DNA of 44,826 nt from Deltaproteobacteria bacterium. GTDB lineage: Bacteria; Desulfobacterota; Desulfobacteria; Desulfobacterales; ETH-SRB1. Below the pieces are notes generated by a model that did no database searches, had not been told where the DNA came from, and saw nothing but the letters and a program-made list of their open reading frames with translations. Made by a program: the position numbers and the translations under genes. Shown one piece after another: positions 8,511 to 18,147 of this stretch; the stretch's first letter is position 1, and each line of letters begins with the position of its first letter. Location of the stretch: positions 1 to 44,826 of the forward strand of contig JAUWFS010000003.1 of assembly GCA_030606805.1 (NCBI GenBank). Direction: 5' to 3'.

Positions 8511-11500
8511 ATGCCGGAAAACGAATCTGCTCCGAGCGGTTTTATCGCACGTATTGTCAGAAGATCTATTTCCTCACATCTCTCAATCATCCTGCTGATC
8601 TTATCCCTGTGCCTCGGAATTTCCGTTATTCTCGTCACACCGAGAGAAGAAGAACCTCAGATAGTAGTTCCCCTGGCGGATGTTTGTGTATATGCTCCCG
8701 GCTCAAATGCAACCGAAATAGAAAAACTTATTGCAACGCCTCTGGAACGTCTTTTATGGCAGATTGACGGCGTTGAATACGTATATTCTATGTCCTGTGA
8801 GGACATGGCAATCGTTACAGTCAGATTTTATGTAGGAGAAGACAGGGAAAATTCGCTGGTAAAACTCCACAATAAGATTACAATGAATATTGACGCCGCT
8901 CCCCCGATTGTTAAGGGATGGGTGATAAAACCAGTAGAAATAGACGACGTTCCCATTGTAAATATAAGTCTTTATTCAGATCGTTATGATGATTATGAAC
9001 TTCGCAGAATCGGTGAGGAATTATTATCAAGGCTTGCAAAGGTAAAGGACATTTCAAGGGCTGAAATCGTTGGTGGCCGCAAACGAGAGATACGCATCGA
9101 ACTCTTACCTGAACGTATGTCAGGTCTTGGAGTATCTTTACTTGAAGTGCAGAGAACTCTCCAGGGAGCGGATGCTTCTGTTACAGCAGGTAAATTTTCC
9201 CGCTTTAATAAAGAAGTTACAGTAACAAGCAAATCTTTCCTTTCATCTTCAAATGAAGTTTCATCACTTATGGTTGGAGTTCACAATGGACGTCCGGTAT
9301 ATTTGCGAGATATTGCAAATATATTTGATGGCCCGGAAGAATCAGAGTCTTACTCGAGAATCGGTTACTCAAATTTTTATCGTAAAACTCACAATAAAGA
9401 AAATACCCCCTTTTCATTCCCGGCCGTCACACTCGCCCTTGCCAAAAAAAAGGGGACCAATGCCGTTACAGTCTCCGAAAATATCCTGGTCAAGCTTGAT
9501 GAATTGAAAAAAAGCACTATTCCCGATGGCGTTAATGTTGAAGTAATTCGCAACTACGGTAAAACTGCCGGGCAAAAAGTAAATGGACTCTTAAGTTCGC
9601 TGGCTTTTGCAGTTATTTCCGTTATTATACTTCTCGCTGTTACTCTTGGATGGCGTGAAGCACTGGTGGTTGCGCTTGCCGTACCTGTCAGCTTTTCTCT
9701 TGCTCTTTTTGTCAATTATTTATTCGGATATACAATTAACAGGGTTACGCTTTTTGCTCTTATACTCTCCCTGGGGCTTGTGGTTGATGATCCTATTACA
9801 AATGTAGATAACATACAGCGCCATATTTTGATGGGCAAGCGTAAAGCATTTTCAGCAACGCTATTTGCCGTTAATGAAGTGCTTCCTCCGGTAATAATGT
9901 CCACACTCGCCATAATAATCTCATTTCTACCCCTGTTTTTCATTACAGGAATGATGGGGCCGTATATGGCTCCAATGGCAGCAAATGTTCCCCTTACAGT
10001 AACATTTTCAACGCTCTGTGCGCTTACCATTGTGCCGTGGTTAACGCACCTGCTGCTGAAAAACATGAATATCCGCAAGATGACCGACTCCCAAACAAAT
10101 CAGATAAAGCAGACAAATCATGATAAAGGTATAAATGTATGGATCGGGCAAATCTACCGCAAAATTGTATCTCCTTTTCTCAAATCAAAAAGCAAAAGAT
10201 ACATGCTTCTGGCTGCTATTATTTTTCTCCTTTTAGTATCTATAGGTCTTGCTGTTTTCCGACTCGTGCCCTTGAAAATACTTCCTTTTGATAACAAAAA
10301 TGAATTCCAGATAGTTATTGACATGCCGGAAGGAACTACACTTGAAACCACCAATACTGTTGTACAGTCCTTTGAAGACTTTCTCAGGGAAATCCCTGAA
10401 ATTACCAGCTTTGTGTCCTATGTAGGAAATTCGTCTCCCATGGATTTCAACGGCATGGTTCGTCACTATTATCTGAGGAAAGGAAGCCACCTTGCAGATA
10501 TACGTATAAATCTCGCTGAAAAAAATAAACGGAAGCAACAAAGCCATGCTATTGTTCTCCGGCTTAGAAAGGAACTCGAAGACATTGCAAAAGCAAACAA
10601 TGCAGTAATCAAAATTGTTGAAGTCCCTCCCGGTCCCCCTGTGCTTTCGACAATTGTGGCTGAAATCTATGGCTCCCCTGACCGTTCTTATGATCAAATC
10701 ATAAAAGGAGCAGAACATATAAAGAATTTAATGGCAGCAGAGCCTTTTGTAGTGGATATTGACGACACAGTTGAAACCGGGCGCAACAAAATAGATTTTA
10801 TTATTGACAAGGAAAAGGCTGCTCTTCACGGAGTCTCCACGAATGAAATTATTCAAACTTTGAAAATTGCGATAGGAGGTGCTGCGCCTGCCACAATACA
10901 TACTTCTGAAGAAAGGCAGCCTCTAAGTATAAAAATAATTTTACCAAGAAAAAACAGATCAGGAATTACTTCTTTATCACAAATACCGCTCAAAACAAAT
11001 ACCGGCAAGATGGTTCCTCTGGCGGAACTTGTAAAGATAGTTCACATCCCTGAAGACCAGCCTGTTTATCATAAAAACCTTGAACGCGTGGTATATGTGA
11101 CGGGAGAAATGGCAGGCAGAGCTCCCGGCGAAGCTGTTCTTGATATGCAGAAAAAACTTAAACAAACTCCGCCGCCGCCGGGAATCAGGGTAAAATGGGC
11201 AGGTGAAGGCGAATGGAAGATAACTATCAGGGTATTCAGAGATATGGGCATAGCATTTGCGGCAGCTCTAACAGGAATCTATATTCTTCTTATAATGGAA
11301 ACTAATTCATTTTCCATGCCAATATTGATTATGATGTCAATACCTCTCACGCTTCTGGGCATTATGCCGGGATTCTGGCTGCTGAATGTTTTCACGGGAG
11401 AACAGGTGGGCGGCTTCTTCAACCCTGTCTTTTTTACCGCAACAAGCATGATAGGCATGATAGCTCTTGGTGGAATTGTAATAAGGAACTCCCTTGTTCT

Positions 11501-11756
11501 GATTGATTTTATTAAAAACGCTCTTAATGAAGGCATTTCTTTTAAAGAAGCTATTCTCCGAAGTGGAGCGATCAGGATGCGTCCTATATTACTTACCGCT
11601 TGCACAACCGCGATCGGCGCCTGGCCCATTACACTGGATCCGGTTTTCTCAGGCCTTGCCTGGGCTCTGATTTTTGGACTTTGTGCATCCACAATTTTTA
11701 CGCTTATAATAGTCCCTGTTACATACTTCTCTCTTTATAGAAAAAAGTATGTATAG
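8511..11756 (+). CDS. RND efflux permease (AcrB/CusA superfamily)
   Basis: 1081 aa; PREEEPQI, GLVVDD, GIVIRNS, RMRPILLT motifs. Confidence 0.95.
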   Translation: MPENESAPSGFIARIVRRSISSHLSIILLILSLCLGISVILVTPREEEPQIVVPLADVCVYAPGSNATEIEKLIATPLERLLWQIDGVEYVYSMSCEDMAIVTVRFYVGEDRENSLVKLHNKITMNIDAAPPIVKGWVIKPVEIDDVPIVNISLYSDRYDDYELRRIGEELLSRLAKVKDISRAEIVGGRKREIRIELLPERMSGLGVSLLEVQRTLQGADASVTAGKFSRFNKEVTVTSKSFLSSSNEVSSLMVGVHNGRPVYLRDIANIFDGPEESESYSRIGYSNFYRKTHNKENTPFSFPAVTLALAKKKGTNAVTVSENILVKLDELKKSTIPDGVNVEVIRNYGKTAGQKVNGLLSSLAFAVISVIILLAVTLGWREALVVALAVPVSFSLALFVNYLFGYTINRVTLFALILSLGLVVDDPITNVDNIQRHILMGKRKAFSATLFAVNEVLPPVIMSTLAIIISFLPLFFITGMMGPYMAPMAANVPLTVTFSTLCALTIVPWLTHLLLKNMNIRKMTDSQTNQIKQTNHDKGINVWIGQIYRKIVSPFLKSKSKRYMLLAAIIFLLLVSIGLAVFRLVPLKILPFDNKNEFQIVIDMPEGTTLETTNTVVQSFEDFLREIPEITSFVSYVGNSSPMDFNGMVRHYYLRKGSHLADIRINLAEKNKRKQQSHAIVLRLRKELEDIAKANNAVIKIVEVPPGPPVLSTIVAEIYGSPDRSYDQIIKGAEHIKNLMAAEPFVVDIDDTVETGRNKIDFIIDKEKAALHGVSTNEIIQTLKIAIGGAAPATIHTSEERQPLSIKIILPRKNRSGITSLSQIPLKTNTGKMVPLAELVKIVHIPEDQPVYHKNLERVVYVTGEMAGRAPGEAVLDMQKKLKQTPPPPGIRVKWAGEGEWKITIRVFRDMGIAFAAALTGIYILLIMETNSFSMPILIMMSIPLTLLGIMPGFWLLNVFTGEQVGGFFNPVFFTATSMIGMIALGGIVIRNSLVLIDFIKNALNEGISFKEAILRSGAIRMRPILLTACTTAIGAWPITLDPVFSGLAWALIFGLCASTIFTLIIVPVTYFSLYRKKYV

Positions 11757-11857
11757 ACTTTCAGATAAATAATTTCACTGCGTTATCAGTCGTCGACGTA
11801 TAACTAATACGCCTTTCTCCTTCTAGCCTTGTGAAATTAATTATCTGAAAGTCTATA
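11752..11857 (+). mobile_element. Family T element, copy 2 (same orientation as copy 1)
   Basis: 5 differences in 106 bp from 5760-5865; contains the permease TAG stop. Confidence 0.85.
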
Positions 11858-11870
11858 GAAAGGAGGCGTC

Positions 11871-12596
11871 ATGAAAAGGGCTTTTAAAGATATTTCGGAA
11901 ATAATACATCAGACAGATCCAAAAGCAAGCTTTGCCATAAAATTCTGGGATGGTGATTCAATAACTATCGGGGATAAACCGAAGTTTATTTTAAAGCTTA
12001 AATCCTTGAGGGTCGCCAAAAGGATTCTCAGAGATGGTTATGTCGGCTTTGGAGAATCATATATGAAGGGAGATATAGAAATTGAAAACGATCTGCAGGA
12101 GCTTCTTCGTCTTGGCATTTCAATTGATTTTGATAGCGCGCGGCTACCTTCCTGGCAAAAAATACGTTTTTTTATCCTTGCACTTCTCAACAGCGATACA
12201 TTAAGAACTGCCCCAAAAAATATTTCTTACCATTATGATAAAGGCAATGAATTTTATGCGCTTTATCTTGATAAAACAATGAGTTACTCCTGTGCATACT
12301 ATAAAAGTAAAGATAATTCTCTGGAAGAAGCGCAATTGAGCAAATATGAGCATGTATGCAGGAAACTTTTATTGAGTCCTGGTGAATCACTGCTTGATAT
12401 AGGCTGTGGTTGGGGAGGAATGCTCATCTATGCCGCACAGAATTATGGAATAACAGGAGTTGGAAATACGCTTTCACAAAATCAATATGAATATGCCGGC
12501 AATAAAATAAAGGAGTTGGAGCTACAAGATAAGATTACTATCATACTCGGTTTTTCTTCTCTATCAACTCCTAATCAGAGTCTCGGTGAATTTTAG
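11871..12596 (+). pseudogene. cfa: C-terminally truncated paralog of the cyclopropane fatty acid synthase-family gene
   Basis: Highly similar to 13828-15021 until about 12548, then diverges; lacks FDKIVSIGMFEH and the C-terminal ~165 aa. Confidence 0.85.
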
Positions 12597-12597
12597 C

Positions 12598-13104
12598 TTA
12601 TGCATCTTCATTCCAAATAGGATTTTTACGGTCATCGGGATGAAGGCGTTCCTTCTCCTGCTGATGCAAATGCCAATAGGATTTATCAATCGCTCCCTCC
12701 GCATACTCACACTTCTGATCATGGTGGAACGGACACCACCAGTTCTCCACGATTTTTACCAGATAGGCAATATAACTAAATAAGGCAACACTCAGCGGAC
12801 AATATAGCTTGCAATTGAAAATCCAGTACCAACGGTAAGCGCATGGATAGTACCATTTTACACCCGTTGAATAGGTAATCTGATTACGATAACGGTATCG
12901 ATGGGAGACCCAGTGCGGCACAAAATCCCAATACGGACGAATATTCTTGGCACCCATCAACCTCAGGTGAGATTTCACCAAAAACACACAAACCACAACA
13001 AAGGGAATAGAAAATATTATCGGCAGATAAATCAATGGTACCCCAATAAACACCTTCCATAAGGTTTGATTCGTAAAGTTATCTCCGATCTTAACGCGTT
13101 CCAT
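12598..13104 (-). CDS. Hypothetical Cys/His/Trp-rich membrane protein; likely start ATG 13104 (ORF extends to 13191)
   Basis: Two hydrophobic segments; FNCKLYCP and ENWWCPFHH motifs. Confidence 0.7.
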   Translation of the reverse strand: MERVKIGDNFTNQTLWKVFIGVPLIYLPIIFSIPFVVVCVFLVKSHLRLMGAKNIRPYWDFVPHWVSHRYRYRNQITYSTGVKWYYPCAYRWYWIFNCKLYCPLSVALFSYIAYLVKIVENWWCPFHHDQKCEYAEGAIDKSYWHLHQQEKERLHPDDRKNPIWNEDA

Positions 13105-13253
13105 TCTGGTGCTCTCACTTAAATTATTGGGAAAAATTGCCCTCTGGCGCGGTTTTTTGGCTTTATTCATATGCTTACATCTAACCCCCAAGTCACCTGT
13201 TGATTTTAATCAAAAAAAACACCCCGGAAAACCGTCAAGGCAAATTTACCTTG

Positions 13254-13557
13254 TTAGGTGCCTTGTTTGAAAACCGAGTTTGGTTTTCCATAAGCAACCC
13301 CATCCCCTTCCACTGCCATTATGGCTAATACTGTATCTTTGTTAATAATTTCGCCTGGCGCTAAATTTCCTTGCTCCATTAATGCACCTCGAAATGTAGT
13401 AAATATTTTGCTCAGCTCGCCTTTTTTTCTTGTTAATGCGTAGGGGGATGTCGTTCGGCACAATATGCCCCCATTTACTGTCACTATTCCACCCCCCTCC
13501 TACCCATGCCACAAACTCAAGCTCTTTATGAGGACCCAATAATTTTTTAAATATCAT
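13254..13557 (-). pseudogene. Possible frameshifted ~100-aa gene
   Basis: ORFs 13342-13707 and 13254-13484 join if one base is removed; G6 (13492-13497) and A7 (13422-13428) tracts lie at or near the overlap. Confidence 0.3.
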
Positions 13558-13827
13558 CACATTTAAATGGCATTTGCAACAAGTCATTAAATAGTTTAAA
13601 AAGAATTTGAGTCCCCGCTTGACATGTAAATTTGATTTTAATATAATTTTATTAAGTTTTTGATTCATTAAAACTGCGATCACTGCATCTGCTTTTCCAC
13701 CAGTCATGATTTTCTTGGCCGGATTTCTTCAAAACATCGCCTGTTTATCCAAAAGCAGTGGGTGTATTAATTTCTTAACCAAAGTCTCATTTTGAGACCA
13801 CTGAGGTTTAAGTAGAAGGGAGGCGTC

Positions 13828-15021
13828 ATGAAAAAGGCTTTTAAAGATATTTCGGAAATAATACATCAGACAGATCCAAAAACAAGCTTTACCATAGAAT
13901 TCTGGGATGGTGATTCAATAACTATCGGGGATAAACCGAAGTTTATTTTAAAGCTTAAATCCTTGAGGGGCGCCAAAAGGATTTTCAGAGATGGTTATGT
14001 CGGCTTTGGAGAATCATATATGAAGGGAGATGTAAAAATTGAAAACGATCTGCAGGAGCTTCTTCGTCTTGCTTTTTTAATTAATTTTGATGATTCCCGG
14101 CTGAGTTCCTGGCAAAAAATACGTTTTTTTATCCTTGCGCTTCTCAACAGAGATACATTAAGAACAGCTCCCAAAAATATTTCTTACCATTATGATAAAG
14201 GCAATGAATTTTATTCGCTTTATCTTGATAAGACAATGACTTACTCCTGTGCATACTATAAAAGTAAAGATGATTCTCTGGAAGAAGCACAATTGAGCAA
14301 ATATGAGCATATATGCCGGAAACTTTTATTGAGTCCTGGTGAATCACTGCTTGATATAGGCTGTGGTTGGGGAGGGATGCTCATCTATGCCGCACAAAAA
14401 TATGGAATAACAGGGGTTGGAAATACGCTTTCACAAAATCAATATGAATATGCCGGCAATAAAATAAAGGAATTAGGGCTGGAGGATAAGATTAAGATCT
14501 TATATATGGATTATCGTGAGTTAAGCGGAAAATTTGACAAAATTGTTTCCATTGGAATGTTTGAACATGTAGGGAAAAAATTCATTCCGGTATTCATTAA
14601 AAACGTATCGAGTTTACTGAAAAAAGGAGGTTTGGGCCTGCTACACACTATTGGAAAAGATACGCCATCTCCCATTGAAACATGGACATCCAATTATATA
14701 TTTCCCGGCATATATGTCCCTAGTCTCGATGAGATCCTGCGTGAAATGGGGAAAAACGGTTTTTCAATATTGGACGTAGAAAACCTCCGGCTCCACTATG
14801 CAAAAACCCTAGACCAATGGGCAGAAAATTATGAAAAAAATATTGAAAAGGTGAAAAAAATGTTTGATGATATATTTGCAAGGCAATGGCGTCTTTTTTT
14901 ATATGGTAACTCAGCAGGATTTAAATATGGCATGTCTCGCCTGTATCAAGTTCTTTTCACAAAAGGATTAAACAATACATTGCCTACAACCAGATCACAT
15001 GTGTATAACATTCAACCGTGA
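13828..15021 (+). CDS. cfa: Cyclopropane-fatty-acyl-phospholipid synthase family SAM methyltransferase
   Basis: NISYHYDKGNEFY, MTYSCAYY, LLDIGCGWGG, FDKIVSIGMFEHVG, YIFPG, HYAKTL. Confidence 0.93.
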   Translation: MKKAFKDISEIIHQTDPKTSFTIEFWDGDSITIGDKPKFILKLKSLRGAKRIFRDGYVGFGESYMKGDVKIENDLQELLRLAFLINFDDSRLSSWQKIRFFILALLNRDTLRTAPKNISYHYDKGNEFYSLYLDKTMTYSCAYYKSKDDSLEEAQLSKYEHICRKLLLSPGESLLDIGCGWGGMLIYAAQKYGITGVGNTLSQNQYEYAGNKIKELGLEDKIKILYMDYRELSGKFDKIVSIGMFEHVGKKFIPVFIKNVSSLLKKGGLGLLHTIGKDTPSPIETWTSNYIFPGIYVPSLDEILREMGKNGFSILDVENLRLHYAKTLDQWAENYEKNIEKVKKMFDDIFARQWRLFLYGNSAGFKYGMSRLYQVLFTKGLNNTLPTTRSHVYNIQP

Positions 15022-15042
15022 CGGCTTCGTAAAAAGCCATCA
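15019..15042. repeat. Short hairpin overlapping the cfa stop codon
   Basis: TGACGGCTT-CGTAAA-AAGCCATCA. Confidence 0.45.
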
Positions 15043-15059
15043 ACCTTCAGGAGGTCACC

Positions 15060-15506
15060 ATGAATATAAAAAAAATAGCCTGTTGTATAGATTTTTCAGA
15101 AAATGCCGAAGATGCATTTATAACGGCCCTCGATCTGGCTGAAAAAAATAAAGCCAAACTTTTTGTAATTCATGTATCGCCGCCTGTCATAAGTTATCAA
15201 GCAACAGATACGGAATGGATGATGCCTTACGAACCGGAAGGACCTTTGATTTTAGAATTAGAAAAACGAATGGATAAAGAGTATGGAGCCAGAATAGGTG
15301 AACATACTGATTATAAGCTTGTTGTACTTAGCGGACATATTTCAACAGAAATATTAACATACTTGAAAGAAGAAAATATCGATCTTGTTGTGATGGGCTC
15401 TTATGGACTATCGGGAATGGGGCTCGTATTCTTCGGTAGTGTGGCCAAGAGAGTGGCACATAAGTCCCCGTGCTCTGTACTGATAGTACGTAAACAAAAA
15501 AAGTAG
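15060..15506 (+). CDS. Universal stress protein (UspA family)
   Basis: KKIACCIDFSENA, DLVVMGSYG, FFGSVAKRV...PCSVLIV. Confidence 0.92.
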   Translation: MNIKKIACCIDFSENAEDAFITALDLAEKNKAKLFVIHVSPPVISYQATDTEWMMPYEPEGPLILELEKRMDKEYGARIGEHTDYKLVVLSGHISTEILTYLKEENIDLVVMGSYGLSGMGLVFFGSVAKRVAHKSPCSVLIVRKQKK

Positions 15507-15550
15507 CCGTTCACGGCTTGAAACTTGAAATTGGAAAGTGGAAATTTGGG
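15503..15550 (+). repeat. Family H element end filling the Usp / next-gene junction
   Basis: GTAGCCGTTCACGGCTTGAAACTTGAAATTGGAAAGTGGAAATTTGGG. Confidence 0.75.
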
Positions 15551-16754
15551 AAAGATTAAAAAAATTCTATCTACTGCTGTGCTCTTAACTGTGTTTCTTT
15601 TTTCTTCAACCTATTTGGCAGCCGGCTCTGATCTAAAGGAAGCAAAAATTCCTGATTCCCTGCATTCCGGGCTGGAATATCTTTTATCCTTAACTTCCAG
15701 GGATAAAAACGAACCTGTTGATCTTAAACTTATTCAAAAGGTACTGGATTTTGTCGTTTCTCCCAAAAACAGCTCCTCCCTTTATTATACAGACAAATTG
15801 TTCGGCTCGCCTTCCGCTTATTATGAATTTGATATTAATAGAGATCTGAAACACATTCTCCAGTATGCATACAATCCTGATATTCCTTCATTTGCTTTTA
15901 TGCCTTCTTCTGTCCGGCTTTCCTACTGGGCTGAGGTAAACGGGCAAAATCAAGACCTGCCTAAATTGTGGACATATCTCTCAAATTCTGATTGTCCAAT
16001 AGTGGTTAAAGGGGTTGAACATATAGAAATAACTCCGGATCAATTTACAGGTGCTTACTATCGTTATGATATAGATAAGGCTTTGATTCTTTGCAAGTAT
16101 CACGGCCGAAATCTATTAATCTCGATTTCCAAACAAAAAGACAAGTCCGATGTGGGCAGAAAAGGTATTGTACTGGGCTCAGATGACAACTGGGACTATC
16201 TTTATTCGGGCCGGAAAGGTCTTTCAATGCGGGGTCTTGGTTGGGTCAGCTCCTATATGTACAACTCCATCGGCATAAGCTTCCTGTACGAGGTTGACTC
16301 AAAAAAACCCGTTGTAAGATACGCTGCCTTTAAATGGCTCAGGGCTGGATGGGCTGATGTGAATGTAGTGAAAAACAAGCACATCCATAAAGGTCTGGTT
16401 CGCTATGCAAAGGATTTAAAGATGATTTTGGAGCACCCTTTGCTGCCTGAAGCTTCAAAACTTGCAAAATTATTTTCTGATTTTGAAAATTATCCCCCCG
16501 AAGATATGAGAGAGAAGGTTAAAAGTCATTTAACTGCTCTGAAAGACAGATATAATGGAAACAAATTATCATCCGGTAAAAACTTCCCTAAAAATTTAAA
16601 TATCAGTGAATATTTAAATCAAATGACAAATAAGGAGATATATGCGCTTCTTGTTGTGGAATACATGAAATCCATACTTGGGGAAAACCAGTATTTAGGT
16701 AATACATTACTTTTCAGCAAAAGGCAGCTTGATAACAGCTATATAGTGCCGTAG
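15525..16754 (+). CDS. Hypothetical exported protein, 409 aa; start uncertain
   Basis: Long ORF with signal-peptide-like KIKKILSTAVLLTVFLFSSTYLAA; TTG start lies within a repeat. Confidence 0.75.
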   Translation: MKLESGNLGKIKKILSTAVLLTVFLFSSTYLAAGSDLKEAKIPDSLHSGLEYLLSLTSRDKNEPVDLKLIQKVLDFVVSPKNSSSLYYTDKLFGSPSAYYEFDINRDLKHILQYAYNPDIPSFAFMPSSVRLSYWAEVNGQNQDLPKLWTYLSNSDCPIVVKGVEHIEITPDQFTGAYYRYDIDKALILCKYHGRNLLISISKQKDKSDVGRKGIVLGSDDNWDYLYSGRKGLSMRGLGWVSSYMYNSIGISFLYEVDSKKPVVRYAAFKWLRAGWADVNVVKNKHIHKGLVRYAKDLKMILEHPLLPEASKLAKLFSDFENYPPEDMREKVKSHLTALKDRYNGNKLSSGKNFPKNLNISEYLNQMTNKEIYALLVVEYMKSILGENQYLGNTLLFSKRQLDNSYIVP

Positions 16755-16786
16755 CTTTCAGCATCAACGTCCTACCGGACGAGTTC

Positions 16787-18001
16787 TTAGTATAAAAAGC
16801 CAAACAACCACATGGGGATGACATTACCAAAACCCATGTCGATATCGTCTTTTACAATGTAAGCATTTTCTTTTCCCGCTATCTGTTTTTTCCCCTTACA
16901 ACTGCCGCCTACTTCAAGTAGATACTTACCCTCTACCAAAAAATCGCCTCGACTTGGAATACGCACTTGCAGGCCGGCACTTATCAACTGATGCTGAATA
17001 AATGTTTCGCGCACCGTTCCGACAGGGTCTTCTCTGCTCAATTCCCCTGCGATTGCTCTGAGCAAGTTTGTATTTTCAATATAAATTTTAACGGGTTTAC
17101 GCACGAGCTTGAAGCCGGATCCTTCCGGCATAACACCTGATAAGAGACCTGCCCGCTCCAGATAGTCAAGGTACCCATAAAGAGTTGGCTTTGAAAGTCC
17201 CAGATTGTTGGAAATACGCACAAGATTTGGCTCAAATGGTTGAGAGGTGGCAATTAACCAGAGAATCCGTTTTAGCATCGGAACATTAGAAGATTTAATG
17301 CTGGATGTAGAGACAATGTCTTCGTAAAGTGTTTTTTCAATAATGTTTCTGAGTTTTGCAAGATATTCTTCTATTCCTTCCACAAAAAAAGGATAAATGC
17401 CATGTTCAAGGTAATCTCGAAAAAGTCCCAACACAGGTCCCTCAACCAAAACTTCTGACGTCAATCGTGCATGTTCCTTTAATAGACCGGCGAGTGTGAT
17501 GGCGGGGAGTTTAACCTTTCTGGCTAATAGCAGGTATTCTCGAAAAGAAAGACCCGGCAAAGTATAGAAAACAGCACGCCGCGACAGGTCGGCCTTTCCA
17601 AGTTGCAGTCCGAGGGTAGAACTGCCTGAAAAAAGGATTTTTGCTGATGGAAATGAATCATAAAGATTTTTTATTTCCTGCGGCCATCTGGCGTATTTGT
17701 GGATTTCATCAATGATAATGACCTCGCCGCCCATGCGAAAAAATTGTGATGCGATCTCATAAATGCCGATGGCCTCAACCCGAATGTTGTCTGCTGAAAT
17801 ATAAAGATATTTTGATGAATATGAACTTTTTCCGGCTAAATACTGAAGCAACAGCGTAGTCTTCCCTGTCCCGCGACCGCCAATGATTCCAATCAGACGA
17901 TTTTTCCAGTTGATCCGTTCGTAAAGAGAGCGATAATTTTCTCTCGGAACCTGTTTAAGGAGAGCTTCCTGAATACTTATAAATGGACTTAAATCAATCA
18001 T
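16787..18001 (-). CDS. AAA_14-type ATPase with DUF4143-like / PD-(D/E)XK-like C-terminus
   Basis: Walker A GGRGTGKTT, Walker B IIIDEIHK, SGSS, LSRR, KIYIENTNL, RETF, GDFLVEGKYLLEVGG. Confidence 0.88.
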   Translation of the reverse strand: MIDLSPFISIQEALLKQVPRENYRSLYERINWKNRLIGIIGGRGTGKTTLLLQYLAGKSSYSSKYLYISADNIRVEAIGIYEIASQFFRMGGEVIIIDEIHKYARWPQEIKNLYDSFPSAKILFSGSSTLGLQLGKADLSRRAVFYTLPGLSFREYLLLARKVKLPAITLAGLLKEHARLTSEVLVEGPVLGLFRDYLEHGIYPFFVEGIEEYLAKLRNIIEKTLYEDIVSTSSIKSSNVPMLKRILWLIATSQPFEPNLVRISNNLGLSKPTLYGYLDYLERAGLLSGVMPEGSGFKLVRKPVKIYIENTNLLRAIAGELSREDPVGTVRETFIQHQLISAGLQVRIPSRGDFLVEGKYLLEVGGSCKGKKQIAGKENAYIVKDDIDMGFGNVIPMWLFGFLY

Positions 18002-18147
18002 GAAATATAGTCGTGAAAACCATAGTTGTTATTTTTAAACAATTCCATAAAGTCAATTTTACTAATAATAAAAATATCGTAAAATACATTTAACGCATTC
18101 CATGCTATCCTGTCAATGATTTTATTCTGCATACATCTGGTATTGTT

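Noticed and set aside
13785-13799. Palindrome GTCTCA-TTT-TGAGAC upstream of cfa
   Set aside because: Single short instance with no second copy or identifiable promoter; may be an operator but unsupported
11871-14490. cfa copies as a DGR template/variable repeat pair
   Set aside because: Differences are not adenine-specific (T/G, C/T and multi-base changes occur) and no reverse transcriptase is in the window
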